Assembly: GCA_001600815.1 (NCBI GenBank)
Contig: BCKZ01000018.1
Span: 124,001 to 188,000, forward strand
DNA from: Alloascoidea hylecoeti
Taxonomy: Eukaryota
Length of the DNA: 64,000 bases
Direction: 5' to 3'
Shown here: positions 11,209 to 21,753 of the stretch, one piece after another
Layout of the letters: every line of letters begins with the position of its first letter
Position numbering within the stretch: position 1 is the first letter of the stretch
The notes under the pieces: model-generated
What the model saw: only the letters and a program-made list of their open reading frames with translations
The model's database searches: none
What the model was told of the DNA's origin: nothing
Translations under genes and position numbers: made by a program

Positions 11209-12914
11209 TAACAAATATCATAAAGTGCTTTCCTAACTTTTTTCCATCCTGTTAATTCAAGTTCAGGTGGGATATCTTCATCTTCTTGATCAATAATATC
11301 TTTACCAGTTGTAATATCTGCTTCTAATGGACTTCTCCAATGAGTTTTTTTAAATATTTTCCAAAATGCAAATAAACAAATTAAAAAAATTGGAGCAAAA
11401 TAAGCAGTAAAAAAACCAGAAGCAGTAAATTTACCAGGGAAAAAAATTGCAAAACCATTAAAGAATAAAATAAGAGTTGCAAAAAATATACCAAAATATG
11501 TTGCATATGGTTGCATATTAAATGGAGCAGTATAATAAGCAGATTTCATACCAAATCCTTGTGCAATCATTGCTTTCCTCCATTGAAGATAAACAATAAA
11601 TATTATTATATATGTACAAAGAATAGCAGAAGTTGCAAGATTTGAAAACCAATCAAATGCAACCGCTGAGCCATCAGAACATGATAAAAATGAAATACAA
11701 CAAACCAATGAAATAATTAAAACACCATAATATGGAGTTCCATGTACTGAACATCTTGAAAAGATTCTTGGAGCATAACCAGCTAAAGATAATGAATAAA
11801 GAGTCCGACTTGAACTATAAAGATAAGCATTGCCACAAGACCATGCGGATGTCATGATAATAGCATTAACCAAATTATCTAAACCTTTAACACCAGCAGT
11901 TTCTTTAATACCAATAACCCATGGACTTGAAGCTGCACCAGATCCACCAACACTTGCAGCTAATGTCGCATTATTTGCAGAACATAGAGTATTCATAAAA
12001 AAAATACCACCAATATAAAAAAGATATATTCTAATATAAGATTTTCTTCCAGCAATTGCGATATTTTTTCTTGGATTTTTTGTTTCACCAGAAATCATCA
12101 TTAATACATCAGGACCACCAATAGCAAAAGCAGCATAAATTAAAACACTCCAAAATGCTAAGAATTTACCAGTATTACCATCAACTAAATATTCTTTCCA
12201 TAAACCATCCTTCCAATTTCTAAAACCATATCTATCATGTTTTGGATTACCACCTAACATTGAAATAAATGCAAATATCATTAATCCAACAATTAAAAGA
12301 ACCTTTAACATTGATGAACAAAATTCAGTTTCTCCATAAAATTTAACAGCTAAAAAATTCATAAATACTGATAATGCCATAAATATTGCAATCCAAGCAC
12401 CAGGATTAATATCTGACCAATAACCTATAACACCAGCAGCAGCAACCATTTCAACACAAAAAAACATCATAGCTCCATATAAATACATCCAACCAGACGC
12501 AAAACCCAGGGCAGGATCAACAAATCTAGCAGCGAAATGAAACATTGATCCAGGAATTGGTAACCAAGAACACATCTCAGCAACACATTGCATTAAAACA
12601 TACATTACAGTAAATGCATAAATAATAAAACCTAAGAAAACTGCTAATGATCCCGCTCTCATTAATGGAGTTGAAATACCAATGAATAAAGCTGTACCAA
12701 TTGAACTACCAATAATAATTAAACTAACATGTCTTTGAGTTAAGCCTCTTTTAACTGTACCATTGTTAATTGGATCATATTTATCTTTGAAATCCTCTGC
12801 ATTTGTAGATAAGATGAAATCTTTCGTACTTCCAACTTCAAGGAAATCAGATTCGACAGTTGTGCCTGCACTAACGTTAACCGATTTATCTTTTTGAATT
12901 TCAATGTCAGACAT
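11205..12914 (-). CDS. Amino-acid permease (YAT family), Agp2/Dip5/Put4-like branch
   Basis: GLTQRHVSLIIIGSSIGTALF, VKFYGETEF, GGNPKHDRYGFRNW, SGETKNPRK; about 12 hydrophobic segments. Confidence 0.88.
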   Translation of the reverse strand: MSDIEIQKDKSVNVSAGTTVESDFLEVGSTKDFILSTNAEDFKDKYDPINNGTVKRGLTQRHVSLIIIGSSIGTALFIGISTPLMRAGSLAVFLGFIIYAFTVMYVLMQCVAEMCSWLPIPGSMFHFAARFVDPALGFASGWMYLYGAMMFFCVEMVAAAGVIGYWSDINPGAWIAIFMALSVFMNFLAVKFYGETEFCSSMLKVLLIVGLMIFAFISMLGGNPKHDRYGFRNWKDGLWKEYLVDGNTGKFLAFWSVLIYAAFAIGGPDVLMMISGETKNPRKNIAIAGRKSYIRIYLFYIGGIFFMNTLCSANNATLAASVGGSGAASSPWVIGIKETAGVKGLDNLVNAIIMTSAWSCGNAYLYSSSRTLYSLSLAGYAPRIFSRCSVHGTPYYGVLIISLVCCISFLSCSDGSAVAFDWFSNLATSAILCTYIIIFIVYLQWRKAMIAQGFGMKSAYYTAPFNMQPYATYFGIFFATLILFFNGFAIFFPGKFTASGFFTAYFAPIFLICLFAFWKIFKKTHWRSPLEADITTGKDIIDQEDEDIPPELELTGWKKVRKALYDICY

Positions 12915-15030
12915 AAATTATAATTATACGGGGCCTAGCCTATTGGTATCAATTAAATGATAATTGTATACCTTTAAATAAGCTTAATAGAGATAAATAA
13001 TGGGAAAAAAAAGAAGAAAAAGGTTTATATAAGAATAATTTTTAATTTTTAGTTTTCAAGGGCTAAAACCCAAAGTGGAATAGTCAATGATGCAGGTGGC
13101 GCTTATCACTACCGTATCGTGAATATCGATACGCAATCTGACCCGTTTATATTAAAATCCATCAAGAACCATGCAATTGAAGTATGATTTAAAGTGGCGG
13201 TGGAGAGGAGGGACTTGTGGAATTAACATTGAATAAATCTATTATTTATATTCCATGACTATCATACGTAGAGCCAGGGATATGTAGTACTACAAACTCT
13301 ACAAATGTAGCAGTTGTGTTTTTGGACCAGTCTCTTCTCATCTCATAATTCAAAGTAATATTAATAGAAATAGATGTATATTTTTGATTTTCGTTAATTT
13401 ATTCTAAATTTAAGCCTTTTGTTTTTCGGACTACTCCAAGTGATTGCACTACTATGGCCTTAAACCGTTCTTAAAATAGTGTATAATGGTATGTGAAGTG
13501 TGAAGAGATTCTATTAGTTTATATAAAATGTCATCTCAAGTTTAGTATTTAGTGTAAGGCTGTAAGTGCCTTTGGCGGCCGACCCATTGTACAAACCAAC
13601 TGCCAAACACCAACATCTAGCATGGGTCTCCAGACTCCACAGGTTGGCAATTTGTGGGGAATTAACCATGTTCAATAAATTTCTCCGACTCCATCTTTCA
13701 TCTTTATTGGAAACCCCTCTTCTGAATTATTCATCGAGTTTAAGCAAATGATCTTTTGGTGGAGGTGTATTCTATACAAAAAGACTTCACTTCACCAATA
13801 TATTATTTATGACTACTAACTTATCCTAGTACTAAGAGACTAATTTGTGTCCAATTCCAATTCCTTCGTTTTTTGATAGAAATTCTCGGATGACTACCAG
13901 TAGTGACGTTCTTGGTTGGTTTTTGGTCATCATGTCTTCAGCATCTTCGGTCCAATCAACTGATCTACGAAACAATTCTTTGTCGGCCACCACAGCCGGT
14001 ACTATTTTTGAATGGTAAAGTTCATTAGTTAGTCAATCTTCCTTGGCTCTGATCAAAGTTTTTTGTATTTTCCCATAGTTGTGTATAGACAATTTTCGGC
14101 TCAAAGGCCTAGCCTGACTTTAATCGAGCATAACTTATACTTTTCTAAATCCGGATCCTCTAGCGGCGGCTAAACATTTGTTACTGAATACAGCACAAAC
14201 CTAACAATCCTAAGACGACTGCAATCTATCTTTAGACTACCTACATTTTCTATCCTTTTGGTTTGATTCTTTTCATTCAGAAAAGGCCTTTCACACCCCG
14301 AAATATCCGTGTTTTTTTTTAAAACAGGAGCCGCAGGGCTCTCTTCTTGAACTCTGGACTCTGGAGTGGTGCCTGAAAGAAAAAAAGTGTAACTTTATAC
14401 TTGACTCGACCGTATCTCGGCCATAACTCTGGGCTTAAATAATCTTATATTCAATTAATTGTTATTTTTTTTTTGTTGAATTCCCAAATAAGGATTTATA
14501 AACATACCATAATACTAGTGCAGTGCGAATCTCAAAACAATTTAAGGCTAATAGAAGGTGAAAAATTTTAGCATTTATAGTTTCCGGGGTATATTTCAGA
14601 AGATAGGTATAATACAGTACGCTATTTTTTATTGGTAAATTATTATTTTAACTCAAACGAGTCATTTCCAAATAATAAATATATATATGGCGAAGTTTTA
14701 TGCATAGTACATATATACAGTTTAATGTCTAAAGAATTAGCCAAGAGATCACGAATATGATCATGATAAACTTGGAGTGGAAATGCCTTATTAATAATTA
14801 GTCCTAGATAAACACTTTATATATGTTTAAATAGCATAATAAATTTGAAGCCTCAGCTGATATACCTAAATTCATATAAATATTATTTTTCACACTAATC
14901 AAATCAAGGCAATATTAAGAATAAGATTCATCGTTAAACGGGTGTTGTCACTGCGTGTGGAGAAAATCTTTTAAAAAAAATCACTCATTGACTTTAATAA
15001 AAAAAATAAAAAACGATTTAAAAATTTAGA

Positions 15031-16302
15031 TTAATCAAACTTTTCAGACATACTAACAATTGGTTGACCCAATATACCTAATTCTCTCATTTGTCTAGTT
15101 GCCCTATTTCTTCTTGCCCAACTTTGTTTTATAAAATGTAATATTATTCCAATACAGATAATAAATATAATTATTTTTGTATATTTATATGAATTTGCAT
15201 CTGATTCAGATTTTGGAAAATCAGTAATTGTTATATTTTCTCCATTTTTATACATTTTTGAAATTAATATACCAAAATTTAAAATATATTCAGGTTTGGA
15301 TTTTTTACCAAAATAATCTGTTAATTTAACCCCACCAATATCATTATTATTATCATTTGGTTTATAAATTCTTAGAGTTGGATATGCAAATACATCTTCT
15401 CTACTACATAAATCACCACTTTCTGCACAATCAACACTTTCCATATGAATATTATATTTCGTATCATTTCCTGATGATTTTAAATTTTCATTTGCAATGT
15501 TCCATATTGGTGCTAAATGTTGACAATGAATACAATAAGGTGAATAAAATTTAATAAAATGTAAACCATTTTTTGAAATTACATCATCGAAATTTTTAAT
15601 AGTTAAACCTTTTTGATTTTCTGTTTCAGTTTCTTTTTCAATATTTGATTTTCCGTATGCATTTGAAGGTCTATTACCACCATGTTGTGAAAACCCATCA
15701 TCTCCATCTGTATCAATTTCAGCATTTTCATCTTTAGTTCCAGGGATTACAATATCAGGTATTCCAATTATATCTTCCGTATCATCATTTAAAGTGTCAA
15801 CACTAGAACTATCATAATATTTATCAACTTCATCCTTTAAGAATTTATATACCGTGTCATAATTCCTTGTTTCAGCACCTGGGAAAGTCGCTAATACATC
15901 TGTTTGCTTTGTTGAATTTTTACCCATCAGCCATATCGCAGGAACACCACGTAGTTTCTTTGACTTACAGAGATCACCTTGTTCAGCACAATTAACTGAA
16001 TGGAAATTTAGATTATAATTATTAAATTTGGAATCCTTCTCGTTTTCATCACCATTAAATGTCTCGTTTAGTTTAATCCAATGAGGAGCAAATTCAACAC
16101 AATGATGACAATATGGAGAATAGAATTTAACTGTATGTAAACCAGGTTTTGAAACTTCTATATCGAAATTCTCTGCTGTTAGAGATATTTCTTCTTTTGT
16201 ATCAGAAGCAAGTAATGAAGCAAAAGGATTTAAGGCTGAGACTTTATGGAATGACAGCACAAATAAACTTAAAGAGATTGTTGATAACGAAGAAACTTTC
16301 AT
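15031..16302 (-). CDS. ER type-I membrane protein-disulfide isomerase family protein, Eps1-like, with two thioredoxin domains
   Basis: Signal peptide, two active sites (KFYSPYCHHC and KFYSPYCIHC), C-terminal TM segment IIIFIICIGIILHFI, tail SEKFD. Confidence 0.8.
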   Translation of the reverse strand: MKVSSLSTISLSLFVLSFHKVSALNPFASLLASDTKEEISLTAENFDIEVSKPGLHTVKFYSPYCHHCVEFAPHWIKLNETFNGDENEKDSKFNNYNLNFHSVNCAEQGDLCKSKKLRGVPAIWLMGKNSTKQTDVLATFPGAETRNYDTVYKFLKDEVDKYYDSSSVDTLNDDTEDIIGIPDIVIPGTKDENAEIDTDGDDGFSQHGGNRPSNAYGKSNIEKETETENQKGLTIKNFDDVISKNGLHFIKFYSPYCIHCQHLAPIWNIANENLKSSGNDTKYNIHMESVDCAESGDLCSREDVFAYPTLRIYKPNDNNNDIGGVKLTDYFGKKSKPEYILNFGILISKMYKNGENITITDFPKSESDANSYKYTKIIIFIICIGIILHFIKQSWARRNRATRQMRELGILGQPIVSMSEKFD

Positions 16303-16492
16303 CTTTTTGTAAGTTTTGAATCCAACTTTTTTAGTTATATACTTTTTTAAATCCCTTTGGAATTATGAAAAATGTGTTCTTTTCAAAAGTGTTTGTTTAT
16401 GGATGTTAATAGAAGTTTATATCATGATCAAGATTTATTACTAATATGAGCTACTGTTAAATAATATGCACGTGATGTATTATATTCTTATT

Positions 16493-18016
16493 CTAATCGA
16501 TATATTTAAAAATCTTCCCATCTTTATCTCCACAAATTCTAATGATTTCTCCATTTATATTAATACTTTTTATAGAATTAACTTTACTTTCATTAAATCC
16601 ACAGTAATAAAATAATGGAGTATTTGATGATAAATCATTTAATAAATCATTATAATTAAATTCTTCAACAATTCCAATTGATGATGATATAATTAATTTA
16701 TTATTATTTGATTTATCCTTCAATAAATTTAAATCAATTATTGATGAATTTGATATTTTTATTGTTGAAAATGGTTCATCCGAATTTGAATTTAAATTTG
16801 ATTGGTTATTATTTATAAATCTAAGATCCCATAGTTTAATTGTACCATCTGAATGACCTGAGATTAATTTATCTGTTGATGAATATAAATAGGGATATAT
16901 AAGAGATGTTATTGATGATGATGATGATATTTTTGATACATTTTTTTTAGTTCGTAAATCAAATTGTGAAATATTACCAGATTCATAACCTGCAAAGACA
17001 ATCTTATCACTAACACCAAATTCTAATTCAGAATCTTCAATATTATTATTAGTGGTCAGTTTCTTAGATAATGATAGTTTTGTTATTGCATCATGTTCTT
17101 GTGATTCTAATTTTCCAAAAGTTGAGATTGTCTTGGCTGTACTACATTCCCATAATCTTATATATCCATCATTTGAAGATGCTAACAAGATAAGTTAGTA
17201 TATAAGAATGAGAATAAATAATGAATGAAGAAACTTACACAGAAAATTTTTACCCCTTTCAATTATAGATAAATCAGTAACTACTCCTTTATGTCCAATA
17301 AAAGTTCTTGGATTATCACCTGTGATTGCATCCCATATCTTAATTGTATAATCCCCACCAGCACTTAATATAACTTTACCAGATGGAAAGAATTTAACGC
17401 ATGTAATATATAGAAAATGACCAGAAAATGTTTTCTATTCAATATAAATATTACTGTTAGTATTGATAGTAATGTTTTAATAATCAAATGTGTTAGACGC
17501 TTACTAATGTTGATCCATTTCTCATAGATCCAATCCTTACTAAACCTTCATTATCACCTGTTACAAATTGATCACCAAAAGGTGATATATCTAATGAATT
17601 TATAGAAGAGTTGTGCTGTGATTTATATACATCATGTGGAAGTTTTAATGATATTTGATTTATCCCATTAGAAGTTTTTATAGCTTGAGATGAAAAAGAA
17701 AAATTATGCTAAATCAATTGAATCAGTATTTAATTTAATTTAATATATATTTAAATTTGCTTACATCATCAATTTGTTTGAAAGTATTTAAACTATTTTC
17801 ATTTTCATTGTTAAATGTTATATCATTATTATTATTATTAGATTTTGATATTTTAAATTTTGAAAATTCAGTAGTTTCTTTATTTAAATGTGTATAAGTA
17901 GAATTAATCCAAAAAAATTCTTCATTAACTTTATTATTTCTAACATCATCAATTGAATCTAAAATATCGGGTTGAATAGAAACCGAAGGAACGGAAAAAG
18001 ATCTTAAAGCTGGCAT
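16493..18016 (-). CDS. RPN14: WD40 proteasome assembly chaperone Rpn14/PAAF1, four exons
   Basis: Exons 18016-17765, 17708-17505, 17434-17239 and 17181-16493. Introns start GTAAGC, GTAAGC and GTAAGT; TACTAAC is present in introns 2 and 3. Spliced sequence FFPSGKVILSAGGDYTIKIW...GHKGVVTDLSIIERGKNFLSSSNDGYIRLWEC is typical of Rpn14/PAAF1. Confidence 0.85.
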
Positions 18017-18076
18017 TTATTAATATACCAAGATATTTTTAAAAAAGGAGGTTTTCAAAGACCAAACTAGCTAAAT

Positions 18077-18120
18077 TTACCCGGTCAGACGCGTCGCGTG
18101 GCAACACCCAAACGGCAAAA
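18077..18120. promoter_or_regulatory. RPN14-RFA1 divergent promoter with a Reb1 site, MCB element(s) and PACE-like motifs
   Basis: TTACCCGG at 18077-18084, ACGCGT at 18089-18094 followed by CGCG, then GTGGCAAC and CGGCAAAA. Confidence 0.6.
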
Positions 18121-18178
18121 AATAAAAAAAGGATCTCTCTCATTTTTTAAAATATATAAAAAACTGTGTCCAAGAAAA

Positions 18179-20017
18179 ATGAGTAATTTTGGACTTTCAA
18201 AAGGAGGATTAACGGCTTTATGGGAATCAGATGGTGAACTACCAACTTTACGACTTCAAGTTTTAAATGGTCGTTATTTCCCTGCAAAATCAACATCAAA
18301 TCAAGAATCAATTCGTCCAAGATTTATATTAAGTGATTCAATTAATATGGTTTTAGCATTTGGTGCACAAAATGCTGATATTAGTGAATTTACTAAAGAT
18401 TTAACAAAACATGATATTATTGAATTAACTAGTTATGTAAAGCATGCTTTTAAAGGAAAAAGAATTTTATTGATTAGTTCTTTAAAAGTTGTTGATAAAG
18501 CTCCTGAAAGAATTGGAAATCCAGTTTATTTCCAAGGTAGTGGTGCAAAAGAATCATTGGATGAAAATAATCGTGATGCAAGTCCATCTGTCGATAATAA
18601 TAAACCTCTTTCTACTACTACTAATACAACTACATCGTATTCAAATACTACTGGATCTTCAAATTCAAATTTAGGTGGGAAACCAAAATCAACAATTAAA
18701 TCAAGTGGTCAAGCAATTTATCCAATTGAAGCAATTTCTCCATATCAAAATAAATGGACAATAAAAGCACGTGTTTCTTTAAAATCTGAAATGAGAACTT
18801 GGCATAATCAAAGAGGTGAAGGTAGATTATTTAATGTTAACTTTTTAGATGAATCCGGTGAAATTCGTGCAACGGCTTTTAATGAACAAGCTGATCAATT
18901 TTATGATTTATTACAAGAAGGTAAAGTTTATTATGTTACAAAAGCTCGTGTCAATCTTGCTAAAAGACAATTTAATAATTTATCACATTCTTATGAATTA
19001 TCTTTAGATCGTGAAACTGATATAACACCATGTTATGATGTTTCTGATGATGTACCTAAAGTTAATTTAAATCTTGTTAAATTAGATAAAATTCAACAAG
19101 TTGAAGCAAATGCAATTATTGATGTTATGGGTGTTGTTAAAGAAATTGGTGAAATTCGTCAATTAACTGCTAAAACAACCGGGAAACCATATGATAAACG
19201 TGATTTAACAATTGTTGATGAATCGCAATATTCTATTCGTATAACTCTTTGGAATAAAAGTGCTTTAGAATTTAATGGTAAAGAAAATGATATAATTGGT
19301 TTTAAAGCTGCAAAAGTTTCTGATTTTGGTGGTAAAAGTCTTAGTTTAACACCTGGTTCCTCAATGATTATTAATCCTGATACAACTGAAGCTCATGGAT
19401 TAAAAGGATGGTATGATATGCAAGGATCACATGAAGCTTTTAAAACATTTACTTCTGATATGTCTGCTGCAACTGGTAGAATTGAAGAAAGAAAAACTAT
19501 TTTACAAGTTAAAGAAGAACATTTAGGTGCAAGTGAAAGACCTGATTATTTTAGAATTAAAGCATCAATTCGTTTTATACGTGATCAAGCAATTGCATAT
19601 CCTGCATGTGCTGAAGAAGGATGTAATAAAAAAGTAATTGAAACTTCTTCCGGAACTTGGAGATGTGAATCAATGGATAAAGAATTTGATAATCCAGTTT
19701 ATAGATATATTATAACTATTAGTGTTGTTGATCATACTGATCAATTATGGTTATCATGTTTTGATGATGTTGGAAGAATTTTATTTGGAAAACCTGCTAA
19801 TGAAGTTGTTAATTTAAAAGAAAATTATCCACAATCTTTTAGTAATGTTATATCTGAAGCAACAGGTAAAGAATATGAATTTAGAGTTAGAGCTAAACAA
19901 GATAATTATCAAGGACAAGAAAGAATTAGGTATCAAGTTTTATCTGCTTCACCTATTAATTATTCTGCTGATGCTGATGCCTTAGTTGAAAAATTGGGTA
20001 AATTATTACAAGACTGA
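18179..20017 (+). CDS. RFA1: Replication protein A large subunit
   Basis: PIEAISPYQNKWTIKARV, DESGEIRATAFN, KVSDFGGKSLS, YPAC...CNKKV and DHTDQLWLSCFDD. First ATG at 18179; the track's GTG start lies in the promoter. Confidence 0.95.
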   Translation: MSNFGLSKGGLTALWESDGELPTLRLQVLNGRYFPAKSTSNQESIRPRFILSDSINMVLAFGAQNADISEFTKDLTKHDIIELTSYVKHAFKGKRILLISSLKVVDKAPERIGNPVYFQGSGAKESLDENNRDASPSVDNNKPLSTTTNTTTSYSNTTGSSNSNLGGKPKSTIKSSGQAIYPIEAISPYQNKWTIKARVSLKSEMRTWHNQRGEGRLFNVNFLDESGEIRATAFNEQADQFYDLLQEGKVYYVTKARVNLAKRQFNNLSHSYELSLDRETDITPCYDVSDDVPKVNLNLVKLDKIQQVEANAIIDVMGVVKEIGEIRQLTAKTTGKPYDKRDLTIVDESQYSIRITLWNKSALEFNGKENDIIGFKAAKVSDFGGKSLSLTPGSSMIINPDTTEAHGLKGWYDMQGSHEAFKTFTSDMSAATGRIEERKTILQVKEEHLGASERPDYFRIKASIRFIRDQAIAYPACAEEGCNKKVIETSSGTWRCESMDKEFDNPVYRYIITISVVDHTDQLWLSCFDDVGRILFGKPANEVVNLKENYPQSFSNVISEATGKEYEFRVRAKQDNYQGQERIRYQVLSASPINYSADADALVEKLGKLLQD

Positions 20018-20109
20018 TATGTAGCTGGTTAATATAGTTAATATTTATGCAAAAAATAAAGTAAATAAAATTATTCTAATATGCTGATGTTTAAAATGTT
20101 TAAAAACTG

Positions 20110-20808
20110 ATATAAATTTTAAGTGAAATATTTAATCTACAACAATTGTAATTTATGGAAGCTAAAAACAAAGAGGAACCGTAATTGTAGATGTTCGAGA
20201 GAGAGAGAGTTCTTCGTCTTTGATTAAGTTATTGGAATTGATTGTTATTTTTTCGGCACCCAATCATTCTTGGATACTGATAGAGAATATAATTTCATTT
20301 TCATTGTTTATCGTGTTTATCTTTTATTAAGTTATACGGTAGAAATTATATTAATGAAAAAAAAACTTATATTTAATTGATACTACCATTAAATTGTATA
20401 TTAAATATATAATATTCATATTAATTTAAGGACCTAATATTGTGAAGTAACTTATAAAAATAGCAGGCATCCAACATCAATGCAAGTCCATTTCATTTGT
20501 ATCTTCGACTGAAGTATCAAAATGAACCAAAAATATGATTGAAAATTAAAGTAATAAGACAATTCAGGTTTATTGGGATTTAAACCTTCCTTATCAATCA
20601 CTAGATCTTTATCAGCGTTTACAGATGTTGTAAACATATCGTATCCATAAGCTTATCAAACTTATTAGATAATTCAATGAATTTATCTTCCCTTTTAATG
20701 TCTGGATTTAATAACAGTTTTGAATTCATCAACGTTAGATTTTAAATCTTCAAATTGTGGAAGAATGCTATTCGCAGTTGTTCTATTGGTGTTACTAGAT
20801 TCAGCCAT
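20110..20808 (-). pseudogene. Frameshifted ORF remnant, product unknown
   Basis: AAAATG start reads MAESSNTNRTTANSILPQFEDLKSNVDEFKTVI. It continues in shifted frames as NPDIKREDKFIELSNKFDKLMD and DMFTTSVNADKDLVIDKEGLNPNKPELSYYF. Confidence 0.4.
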
Positions 20809-21753
20809 TTTACCTTATTTACATTTTCAGATAACTCGATTCGTTATATGAGATATAATAAATTTTGATAAATTTCGATTAATGTTATATAAGTCAGTAA
20901 TTAGTAGGAATACATAATCTATTTAGTTATATAAGTGTTTTGGAATTAGTCATTCATTAAAGCTTAAATAGATAACTCTACTTGTCACAAGTTTTGTGTA
21001 AATATTTCAGATTCAAATGAATTATTCATAAAAAAACTAATTGAATCGTTGACTAAAGATAGAAAATTTCAATTCATTTTATAATAAATTTGTTAACTTC
21101 AAATTCATCATAGATCCTTTTCTTTATATGTATAAAGTAGTCTTAAATCATAAGAGAATCATCGGGTAATATTTTTTTAAAGGAATTTTTTTTCGTAAAA
21201 TGTTGCCTGATTATACTGTAGTAAAGTTAGTTATTGTTAATTGTGAAAATTTCAGTGAATATTATTATTTAAGTACAACCAAGTAAATGCCACCGTGAAA
21301 TACAAATTATCTATTCAATGAGACAAACAATACCAAAAGCGATGGATTAAAACTGTATCATGATATGTAAAGTTTAGATAATTTCAAAAAATTAGGTATA
21401 ATAAAAACTTTTACACCTTGAACGTTTTATTAAATTCCCAGAAGTTCTTCTCTTTCAATTTTTTTAGTGTTACCTACAGCCACAATATTGGTGGTTTTCA
21501 AAATCAAAATATATTAAATTAAACGTTAACAATAATATTCTAAAATTTACTACATAATATAGTATGTTTGGTAATTGTTATATATTTAATTATTAATTAT
21601 AAAATCCTTTGTCTATTATTTCCATAGAAAAACAGACACTACATATAAGGATATACATATAGCCTATATGAATCAGGTAAATGTTGCCATTTAATAAAAA
21701 CCTCTCATTAATTATGAGAATACACTTTTTTGTTGACAATAAAATAATTCTAT

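Noticed and set aside
17239..17245. Alternative CUG code (Ser or Ala)
   Set aside because: The CTG in RPN14 (RGKNF-L-SSS) aligns with a Leu/hydrophobic position, favouring the standard code. This is a single data point.
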